A program made the position numbers and the translations under genes. Shown here in pieces: positions 9,401-17,456 of a stretch of 17,456 bases of DNA (positions are counted from its first letter, which is position 1; every line of letters begins with the position of its first letter). Under the pieces are notes generated by a model that saw only the letters and a program-made list of their open reading frames with translations, made no database searches and was not told the origin of the DNA. Location: the NCBI GenBank assembly GCA_000388065.2, contig KB932205.1. The stretch is one strand, 5' to 3'. The stretch comes from Fonticula alba ATCC 38817 (lineage: Eukaryota; Protista; Nucleariida).

Positions 9401-9967
9401 GGGGATCGCCCATTGCGACCTGAAGCCGGGCAATGTGTTTGTGAGCCGGCGCCCGGATGGCTCCTGGACGGCGGCCCTCGGGGACCTGGGCACCTCGCGC
9501 AACCTCCACACCGACCGGTCGTCCACCCTGGTGACCGAGCCGCCGGAGCTGAACGCCATGACCGCGCGGTACGCCGCGCCCGAAGTGCTGTCGGCCTTCC
9601 AGCGCCGGCGCCCGCTGGACCGGGACCTCTACATGCCGGCGGACATCTACAGCGCGACCATCATGCTGTGGGAGTGCCTCACCCGGACCGTCCCCTGGGA
9701 CGGTGCGCCCCCCTCTTGTCGCGCCCTCCCCGACCCCTCGCGCTTGGACTGACCGACTGAGACACCGCCATTCCCCCAGGCATGGACTTTGAGCGGATTT
9801 CGGCCGGGGTGCTGGCCGGCGCCCGGCCGGACGCAGCCGCCGCCGCCGCCCCCGGGCCGCTGGCCGATCTGCTGCCGCTGGGGTGGGACTCGAACCCGCC
9901 GAGCCGGCCGCTGGCCGCCTCCTTCCGGCAAAAGTGCGCCATGGCCGCCGCAACGCTCCTCCACTGA
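1962..9967 (+). CDS. Gene B: giant type I transmembrane receptor kinase (signal peptide, two uncharacterised domains, furin-like Cys-rich repeats, TM, TKL-like non-RD kinase); join(1962-3483,4501-8586,8666-8775,8854-8869,8959-9702,9780-9967), 6666 nt, 2221 aa
   Basis: All five introns have GTGCGY/GTACGC donors and AG acceptors with compatible phases, and the total length is divisible by 3. The N-terminus is MGRRPLLPAPRRVWAIALSLGLLLGAHLAGA (signal-peptide-like). TM is ALGLGVGLGLLALLLLVLAMVVLCL followed by RLRRTR. Kinase motifs are LGAGTQASVY, VAIK, QNEV, HCDLKPGN, DLG, YAAPE, DIYS and SRP. The start codon choice and microexon are predictions, and further exons hidden in the N gap cannot be excluded. 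Confidence 0.85.
3662..4389. repeat. 22-bp minisatellite (TTCCATCACC-TTCCATTCTCTC)n in intron 1 of gene B, spanning an assembly gap
   Basis: The unit is read directly on both sides of the N run. Diverged units (TTCCATAACC, TTCCATTACC, TTCAATTCTCTC) occur at the 5' edge. The + strand of the array contains no G. True length is unknown. Confidence 0.95.
3843..4292. other. Assembly gap (450 N)
   Basis: Run of N flanked on both sides by the same minisatellite, consistent with an unresolved repeat array. Confidence 1.
4398..4449. repeat. 26-bp tandem duplication GCCTCCACATCTCTGCCCCCACCCT(T/C) x2
   Basis: Two copies, 4398-4423 and 4424-4449, with one mismatch, near the 3' end of intron 1 of gene B. 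Confidence 0.9.
4501..8586 (+). CDS. Gene B exon 2 (4086 nt): short Cys-rich module, about 440-aa Cys-poor domain B, then about 18 furin-like Cys-rich repeats (5982-8555)
   Basis: Acceptor CCCCCAG at 4500, donor G|GTGCGC at 8587. Repeats of the form CPxGxF/YxxxxxxC-xxC-xxxC-xxC-xGxxxxxC-xxC-xxGxxLxxxxC match the furin-like/growth-factor-receptor Cys-rich pattern. Confidence 0.9.
8666..8775 (+). CDS. Gene B exon 3: transmembrane helix plus basic stop-transfer segment
   Basis: Intron 8587-8665 (79 nt, CTGAC at 8633-8637, GCCAG acceptor). Encodes ALGLGVGLGLLALLLLVLAMVVLCLRLRRTRQGARKP. Donor GTACGC at 8776, phase 0. Confidence 0.9.
8854..8869 (+). CDS. Gene B exon 4: predicted 16-nt juxtamembrane microexon (PPDDA+G)
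   Basis: Needed to bridge the phase-0 donor at 8776 to the phase-1 acceptor at 8958. It has upstream CTGAC (8824-8828), a pyrimidine tract and an AAG acceptor at 8851-8853, and a downstream donor CAG|GTGCGC at 8870. Confidence 0.7.
8959..9967 (+). CDS. Gene B exons 5-6 (8959-9702, 9780-9967): TKL-like Ser/Thr kinase domain
   Basis: All core kinase motifs are present. Intron 9703-9779 (77 nt, GTGCGC...CTGAC...CCCCAG) interrupts W-x-G at the same position and phase as intron 629-718 of gene A. Stop TGA at 9965-9967. Confidence 0.92.
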
Positions 9968-10454
9968 TCCCGCCTGCCCGTCCTGCTCGTGTCCAATGGC
10001 ACATGTGGCCTTGCTTGGTGCACTCCGGAGGCTTGAGCCCATTTGAGGAGCATGCTCCGGCCCCCTCCCGAGAGAAATACATTGGTGGAATCTCACTGTG
10101 CAGGGGCTGCCCAAGGTGTGGGGCCGGCGGCAGCCGCACGTGCACACATGCATTGCTATTGTGTTGGCCGCATGGTCCCATTGATCTGTTGGCATCGTCT
10201 CTCTCTGGTGCCTTGTGACCTGTCATGTGACACCAGCGCGCCAACGCTTGGGCCGCTCGGTCGGCTGCACACGCATGGCCGGGATATTCCGGCCGATTAT
10301 TTATTTCCCCCTTGCGGGACAAATGCCTGCATCGCGCCGAGTCCTACGCCAGGCGGCCCCCTGGCCGAGGTGTGTGTCGTTGTGTTTCACCCAGCCCCAG
10401 GGGCCCCGCGTCTGGGAGACTTTCCACTGGATAATCACCTGGGCGTGAGGAGGG

Positions 10455-11051
10455 TGTAGTGGAATCCCCATGTAAGCTGTGAATAGAGCAACACGTGAGA
10501 GTATCCACCTCACGTGTTAAACCAAGAAGGACAAAGTTCTAATAGCATTCTCTTGATCGAGAATGCGGGGTTGGATAACGGCCCAGGTGGCCCGGCGAGG
10601 TCGAGCGGTGTAGGCGCTCGACCGAGCGTGGAGATACGCGGGGGGGACAAGTCCCACCGCGGGGTTCTCAGATCCACCCCTTGACCTATCCCAAAGGTCA
10701 AAAGGGGGGCTCCCGCAAGGGACCTCCCGAGAGTGAAGACCTTAGCAGCTGTGTGTCGAAGAGTATACGAAAGTATAGCTGAAACACCAGTCAAGTCGAC
10801 GAACACCTGTTCTAAGGCTTCCTCTCGAACCCCTTTTATTTATTCGAGTTTCTCTTTCTATTTCGCTTGCCACTAACTCGACTCAAACCGAGTTACTGAC
10901 TCACTCTGGAAACAGACGACCGTGAACCGCTGGTTGGTATGTTCCCTTTATTCATGCCTAGAGGTTACTAACCGGGTGGCAGATCACACTGGTACCCTTC
11001 GTCAAGCTTCACTCACTTGACTTAGGCTTAACCCGTGTGAACCCTGCTACA
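10455..11051. mobile_element. Solo LTR of an LTR retrotransposon (597 bp) with 5-bp target-site duplication
   Basis: Starts TGTAG (10455) and ends CTACA (11051), giving canonical TG...CA ends within a 5-bp inverted repeat. Flanked by GAGGG at both 10450-10454 and 11052-11056. About 52% GC (hand count of 10501-11040), well below the flanking genes. No gag/pol or internal region is present. Orientation is unresolved. Confidence 0.85.
10937..10982 (+). other. Predicted 46-nt spliceosomal intron inside the LTR
   Basis: Donor GTATGT (10937-10942), branch point TACTAAC (10966-10972), acceptor CAG (10980-10982). Confidence 0.55.
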
Positions 11052-11088
11052 GAGGGCAATCTCCGGGCCAAGTGCGGGCCTGGTTGGC

Positions 11089-11105
11089 GGGGGGGGGGGG
11101 GGGGG
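11089..11105. repeat. G17 homopolymer upstream of gene C
   Basis: Read directly from the sequence. Shorter G and C runs occur in the other intergenic and intronic regions. Confidence 0.9.
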
Positions 11106-11422
11106 CACCCGGTGCCGGCTGTCTAGACCTTTTGGTCGGGAAGGCAGGGGGACGGTGCACGGTCTGGAACTTGGTCCAGAAGCCCGATTTCCGGACCGGG
11201 GCTTTTATCCGGGCCGCCGGCCCCAGGCCGACAAGGGGCCCCTGCCGGGCGTCCTCGCCTCTAAATGCCACACTGCCCCCTCCCCTCGGCACCCCGGCAG
11301 GGTTCTCTTCCACCACCCCTTCTCGTCTCCTCCCCCCCCCTCTCTCTCTCTCCCCCCCGCCCATTTGCCTCCCCGCCTTCGTCCGCTCCCTCCTCCGCGC
11401 TGGGTCCCGAACCCCACCCACA

Positions 11423-14400
11423 ATGCCTGGCGTCCGAGGCGCCGGTCCGGATCGGCGATCGACCGGCCCTCTGTGGCGGATCTGGCCGCGCCCGATGGCG
11501 GCCGTGCTCATGGCGGTGCTGCTGTGGCTGCCCCTCCTCCCGGATGGCGCCATGGCCAGCTTGCCGCTTTTCTACCAGAAGGCGCTCTTGCCGCTGGCGA
11601 AGCCCGAGTTAGGTCTGGCCTTCCGCCATTTGCACCTGCTGGGCACGACGCTGGCGGTGAAGCAGCGCGCGGATCTCCGCGTGGACTACTACTCCCAAGA
11701 CTCCCAGGACCTGGTGAATGTGGCGCAACATCGCCTGGGGCCGGTGGCCAACCGTTTCCCCGCCGGGACGGTCGGCCTGGAGCACATGCCTGCCGTGCCC
11801 CCGGGCGACATCTATCTAATGCCCTCCCTGAGTGGGCCCTTCGGCATGGTGGCGGTCCAGTCGCCCAGCATCAATGTGATCATCGGCGCCGCTGTCAATG
11901 CCTTCATGGTGGGCGACGTGAGGACCGTGCTCGGGTCGCTGATTCTGGGCGGCCAAGAGGCATCTCTGCTGCTCCAGGCCGCTGACCTGAGCGTCTTCAT
12001 CTTGACTGTGGACGGTGACTTATCTCGCAAAATGCCCGTGGCTTTGGCCCCCGGCCAGTCATCCATGCCGCCCAGCCTGGCCATGGGTGTTGGCCCGGCT
12101 TTCCACCTGCTGTACAATGGCGTCCACCTGGAAACCCACATGAACACACTGGCGACCGGCGTGAATCCCCTCGGCCTTGCGGAGGACGTTGTGCACATGG
12201 CCACCGGGCGCCTGCTGACCGCCGCGTCCGCCCGGGAGGACATGATCTTCCTCCTTTCCAGCGGCCGCATTCTCGTTTGCCTTGACCGAGCCTTCTCGGA
12301 AGCGTCGTGCGCGCAGGTGCTCGACATTCCCCCGGTGCCGGGGCTCACCGTGCAGTCGGCGATGCGGATTTTGATCCCCGGCTCCTTGACCGACACTGCC
12401 TTGCATCGGCACTTCTTCTTGCACTGCCCGGTCCAGAAGCGGCTTTTTCGCTTCGAATTCCTCCCGGCCACGGGCCTGGCTTCCAACGTGCCCCGCGAGA
12501 TCCTCATCCCGCAAGAGGCATGGGACATGGGCCTGAGCATGATACGGGTCCGCCATTCGCCCGGCGGCAGTGCCTGGCACCTGGCCGCCAAGCATCTGTA
12601 CTTTCCGCCGGAGGCCTTTGGCTGCCCGCCGGGCGATGATTCGACCGTCGCCTGTGCCGATGGCCTCCTGCAGGCGTCCGGCGGCTGGGGGTGCGCCACC
12701 GGCCGCGACTATTCGCCCCTGTTCAACGCCGCGTACATGTGCTATGGCTGCCAGGGTGGCAGGCAGTTCATCCCGTCCGCCAGCGGGCCAGGTACGCCGA
12801 GCCGGGGTTTTCTTCCGCCCGAGGGTGCCCGGGGCCGCTGTGGAAGCGGGGCCTTGCCTTGGCTCGGTGAGCCGGCATCGGTTGCTGGGCCCGGGTGTCC
12901 GGCTGCCGGGGCTCTTTGGTTGTTGTTCTCTTCTTCGCGCATTTCTCACCCCCGCTCTGTGTGCGCTGTTCTCCCGATGGTCGGGCCTCCGGGCCGGGCC
13001 TCTGCTCGGGCCCCGGCCGTCTGCCCTCGCGTGTGCGCGCGTGCGCGCGTGCCTCCGGGCTAGGCATCTGCCAGGAGTGCCCGGTCGAGCATTGTGCCGC
13101 GTGCATGGGCAGCACATGCCTCGTCTGTGAGGGTGGCCTGCACCTCCAGCGGGACTGGCGCACGGGGCAAACTTCCTGCCAGCCAACATGCTCCATGGGC
13201 CTCTCGAGGCATGGGACCATGTGCCTCCCGCCGGCCGTGCTCTCGGCCCCGGCGGTGGCCTTGAATAGGATGGCCCTCAAGCTGCCGGTCAATTCCGGGC
13301 GCGTGGTCACCGTCACGCCCACCCGTCTGGACCTGCGGTCCAACAACCAGCTGTTCATCCGGTCGGCCCCCCCGACGCCGGCCGACCCCGGGGCCCTGCT
13401 CATCGGCGACAGCCTTGGCGACCTCTTTTGGGCCATGCCGGACCTGTCGAATGGCGGCTGGCTCGTTCGGCAGGTGCAAACAGGCCAGTCCTTGGCCGGG
13501 GTCAAGACGTCCCTCCTGGAGGTGGGTCCCTTTGACCCCACCCCGGGCGGGCTGAATGGCAGCTGGCCGGTCTACATGCTGGCCTTCTGCCGTGCGGACC
13601 GGGTGGCCAGCATCGTGCGGGTGGCCTGCCAGCCGGACGCCGAGCCTCCCCCGGGCCCGGGGCTTCCGCCGAGCGCCTGCCCCCCGACATTCATCGAGAT
13701 CTGGCACAGCACCATGACCCAGGGATGCGGCATTCGCTCCATGGCGGCCGACGCCCTGACCCTCCTGGATGAGGACGCCACCCTGCCCGCGCCGCAGGGC
13801 CAAGCCATGGCCATTTGGCTGGATGACACCGGCATCGCCCGGGTGCAGACCCTCTCCTCGCAGACATCGGTCGGCATGCATCCGGTCCTCTTCCCGGCCT
13901 CGGGGGGTGTCCTCATGGCCGGCGGCGCCAGGACGCTGTATCAGCCGGCGCCCCGGCTGTACCTCGTGCCGGTGCCCCTGTCGGCCAATGACCCCCGGGC
14001 TGAGGCTCTCATCGAGGCGTGGTCCGGCGCCGGGTCCTTTGTCGAGCCGCTGTCCCTGCCGACCGGGCGCGCCTCGTGGCCCTTCGAGACGGTGGCCAGC
14101 ATCCTCCAGTTGGGGGCCGGCCCGGTGTGGGATGCCCTCCACTGGCCGCTGGGCACGCTGCCCCATGAGCGGCTCATCGGCCTGCCAGCCCTGAAGGTCC
14201 ACCTTGCCACGCTGGAGGGCGGCTCCTATGGCAATGGGCATCGACTGGGTGTCGTCCCGCTGGCGGGGCTGGACTACCCCAGCGCCCTGGTGCTGGTGAC
14301 CCAGCGCCATGTCCTGGTCTCCCTCCTCCGGTGCTGGGACCACCATCTTTCCGGCTTCCCCTTCTGCCACTTGCTGCCGGCCACCAGCCTGCAGGTGGAC

Positions 14401-17270
14401 CTGATCGAGGACCTGCGGGACATTCGCATCGTCCACCTGCCCATGGCCCGGGCTTCGGGCGACCCGCCCGGTCAGGTGCATCTGCTGCTCAGCTGGGGCG
14501 CCAGCACGCCGGTCGGCCTCTCGCTGACGCCCCCCGAGCCGGGCTGCCCCCCGGGGACATTCCCTCCCAATTGCCTGCCCTGCTGGCCGAGCTGCCCCGG
14601 GTGTACCGGCCCCGGGCTGGCAGATTGCCAGGCCTGCGACCTCCAAATGCCGGATGGCACCTGTGTTCAGGAATGCCCCCCGGGGCTGGTTGACAGCGGC
14701 CTCGGGGCCTGTGCCTGCCCGGCCTTGTGCGTCGCCTGCTCGCCCGACACGCTGGGCGGGCCCTTTTGGTGCCGGGAATGCCAGGCGGGCCATGCCCTGG
14801 ACAGCCTGAATCCCAATTCCTGCCTGCCATGCCACCCCTCCTGCGAGTCGTGCGCCGTCCCGAATGACCCGGCTGCTTGTCATGCCTGCCCGGCGGCGAA
14901 GTGGCTGAAGGACCACACCTGCGTCGATGATTGCCCCACTTCATTCTGGCCCAACCCGGCCTCTCGCGCCTGCGAGCCATGCCCGGCGAGCTGCGCCACC
15001 TGTGCGTCGGCCGACCGCTGCACCGCCTGCCCGGCACGGGCCTACCTCGGCTCGGATGACCAGTGCCACCACTGCGACGGGTCCTGCGCCTCGTGCGAGG
15101 ACGGGCTCTCCTGCGGGGCCTGCCGCTCGGGGCTGGTCTTCCTGCAGACCGACCCGCTGATCGCGTCGACCTGTGCGTCGACCTGCCCGCCGGGGGAGTT
15201 CGTCGGCGCCGGCCGGTGCACCGTGTGCGGCAGCACCTGCGACCTGTGCGCCGGCGGGCCGGACCGTTGCGAGGTGTGCGCGCCTGGTCACCGGTGGCAG
15301 ACTGGCCCGCCGGCGGCCGGCGGCACGGCCGCCTGTGTGCCATGCCCGCCCGGGTGCGAGTCGTGCGCCGGGGAGCTGTGTTTGTCCTGCGGCCCGGGGC
15401 TGTTCCTCACGCCGACCGGCACCTGCGCGGCATCCTGCCCGGGCGGACGCCATGCGGACGACGAGGTCGGCAGCTGCCAGCCGTGCGACGTCAGCTGCGA
15501 CGAGTGCGCCGGGCCCGCCGGCGACCAGTGCACCGAGTGCGCCCCGGGGCTGGACATGGTCGCCGAGGCTGACGGCCTGTTCTCCTGCGCGTCCGGCTGC
15601 CCGGAGGGCCGGTACCGGGACACGGTGTCCGGCTCCTGCGAGGCGTGCGACCCGGCCTGCGCCACCTGCAACGGCCCCTCGGACCGGGACTGCTGGCGGT
15701 GCACCGGCGGCCTGCTGCAAGACGGCCACTCCGTGCAGCAGTGCGCCGCCAACCATGCCCCCACCGCCGGCCGGTGCCTCCCCTGCCACGCGTCGTGCGC
15801 TGCCTGCGCCGGGACCCGGAGCACCGACTGCGTCGGCTGCCTGGCCGGGCTGCTTCCCCTGCCGGCCGGGGCCAGCCCGACGCGCTGTGTTCCCGGCTGC
15901 CCGGTGGGCTACACCGCGGGGCCCGGCGGCTGCACGCCGTGCGGCGTCCACTGCTCCAGCTGCCCTGGCGATGCGGCGACGTGCGCGCTGTGCGACCGCG
16001 GGTGGCTGCTGTCCGGGCCGGCCTGCCAGGACTCCTGCCCGGAGGCCTCCGCGCCGCAGGGGGGCCTGTGCAAGGTGTGCCACGCGACCTGTGCCACCTG
16101 CTTTGGGCCGGAGCCGGAGCACTGCCTCACGTGCCAGCCGCCGGCCCGGCTGCTGCTCGACGGCCGGTGCTACGCCTCCTGCCCGGGCGGGACCTTCGAG
16201 TCTGGGCCGACCTGCCTGCCCTGCCATGCGACGTGCGGCGCCTGCACCGGCCCCACGGGGCACGAGTGCACGGCCTGCCCGGAGGGGCGGCTCCTGCGCG
16301 GTGGCGAGTGCCTGACCGCGTGCCCGACCGGCGAGTATGCCGATATGGACCGCGTGTGTCGGCCCTGCGACGCCCCGTGCCGGACGTGCCTCGGCCCGGG
16401 GGCGTGCTCCTCGTGCGCCGGCGAGCAGGTGCTGCACGAGGACCAGTGCATTGGGGCCTGCCCCGAGCGGACGTATGTCTGCTCGGTGACCGGCCGCTGC
16501 CGGGCCTGCCCGGCCGGGTGCGCGGCCTGCATGGCGGGCCCCCCCTCGTCGGGGGCCGAATGCACGGCCACCTGCACGGAGTGCGACGCTGGCCGGGCGC
16601 TGTCCCCTGCCGGCGGCCGGTGCGTCGAAGTCTGCCCGGCGGGGGAGCATCTGGACGGGTCTGTCTGCCGGGCCTGCCATGCCGACTGCCGGACTTGCTT
16701 CGGCCGGGCCAGCGCCTGCACCAGCTGCCACGCGGGCGTGCTGCACCCGGCCAACGGGGCCTGCGTCGGGGCCTGCCCGGCGGCCGGCTTCGTCGAGGTG
16801 GACTTCTCGGCCTCGGTCGTGGCCCCGGGCCCGGAGCGGGTGTGCCTCTCCTGCTCGAGCGGCTGCCTCCAGTGCGTGGCCAGCCCAACGGCCCCGGCAT
16901 GCGGCCTCGCGCCGGACGGTGCGCTCGTGTGCCCGACCTCGGCCAGCATCTGCACTTTTTGCCAGGGGGACCTGCTGCTGGTGGCCGGTCGGGCCGAGTG
17001 TGTGGCGGCCTGCCCGCCGGTGGGGTTTTTCGCCGACTGGCATGCCCCAGCACCAGCCTGCCTTCCCTGCCACCCGGCCTGCGCTTCCTGCCTCGGGCCC
17101 GGCCCGGGCGACTGCACCGATGCAGGCGGCCCGGCCGGGCGGCGACTCGGTACGTGCTGCCCCATGTGCGGCTCCTGCGCGCCCCCCCCCCCCCCTGGTT
17201 TTGTCCCCGACCACCCGACTGACGGGGCCGTGTCCCTGTGCAGCCCTTGGCCTCGGCATCGGTCTGGGCA

Positions 17271-17302
<32 letters not shown>

Positions 17303-17350
17303 TTGTTCCTGTACTTGCGCCTTCGCCACCGGCGGCGTGTCTCGACCAAG
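11423..17350 (+). CDS. Gene C (3' incomplete): paralogous giant receptor ectodomain plus TM; join(11423-12791,13064-17149,17244-17350,...), kinase expected beyond the window
   Basis: The frame runs from ATG 11423 (or 11495) through signal-like MAAVLMAVLLWLPLLPDGAMA. Introns 12792-13063 (GTACGC...CTAG, phase 1), 17150-17243 (GTACGT...CTGAC...GCAG, phase 1) and 17351 onward (GTGCGT, CTGAC near 17409, no AG before the window ends) match the gene B positions and phases. Furin-like repeats span 14545-17115. TM is ALGLGIGLGMLLLLLLLLLVLFLYL followed by RLRHRRR. The kinase is inferred from paralogy only. Confidence 0.85.
17273..17299 (+). repeat. (CTG)9 trinucleotide repeat encoding the poly-Leu core of the gene C TM helix
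   Basis: Nine uninterrupted CTG codons in the spliced frame of exon 17244-17350. Confidence 0.9.
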
Positions 17351-17456
17351 GTGCGTGTCCTACATGGTCTTCCCTTTGCCGTGCCCGCGCGCCGGGCCGG
17401 GCCGATCGCTGACATCTCCGCACGCACGCCCCTGCGCCCGGGGCGCCCGGGGGGGG

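Noticed and set aside
8959-9967. Receptor tyrosine kinase (EGFR/insulin-receptor-like) call based on furin-like repeats
   Set aside because: The catalytic loop is DLKPxN rather than DLAARN/DLRAAN, there is no activation-loop Tyr, and no L domains are evident. No gene symbol assigned.
10510-10806. 98-aa minus-strand ORF in the LTR as a transposon protein
   Set aside because: No recognisable gag, protease, RT, integrase or transposase motifs, and a non-ATG start.
10490-11021. Structured region as a known RNA gene or self-splicing intron (snRNA, RNase P/MRP, group I/II, tRNA, rRNA)
   Set aside because: By eye I found no U1/U2/U5/U6 signature sequences, RNase P P4 motifs, group I P7 elements, group II domain V or cloverleaf. 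The LTR termini and TSD explain the boundaries. An Rfam search is still needed.
11072-11422. N-terminal extension of the 663-aa ORF upstream of ATG 11423
   Set aside because: GTG start, translates the G17 run and poly-C tracts, and has no in-frame ATG before 11423.

Overview
This is very GC-rich, intron-containing eukaryotic DNA, not prokaryotic. It carries a head-to-tail tandem array of three paralogous giant single-pass receptor Ser/Thr (TKL-like) kinase genes, all on the + strand. Gene A is present only as its 3' kinase exons (83-936). Gene B is complete (1962-9967, 6 predicted exons, 2221 aa): signal peptide, two large Cys-poor domains of unknown fold, about 18 furin-like Cys-rich repeats, a TM helix and a kinase. 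Gene C has its ectodomain and TM here (11423-17350) and runs off the window inside an intron. Gene models were built by hand from GTRCGY donors, CTGAC branch points, AG acceptors and frame continuity, and intron positions and phases match between paralogs. Both visible kinases are non-RD (HCD) with DLG in place of DFG. B and C have barely alignable N-terminal domains but near-identical nucleotide patches in the Cys-rich stalk, which suggests gene conversion. Between B and C lies a 597-bp solo LTR (TGTAG...CTACA, GAGGG target-site duplication, about 52% GC). It is packed with hairpins and contains a perfect-consensus 46-nt intron pointing toward gene C. A 22-bp minisatellite with a 450-N assembly gap sits in intron 1 of gene B. 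From recall only (not checked), the style resembles the expanded TKL receptor kinases of the aggregative amoeba Fonticula. Most other ORFs in the supplied track are GC-driven shadow frames.
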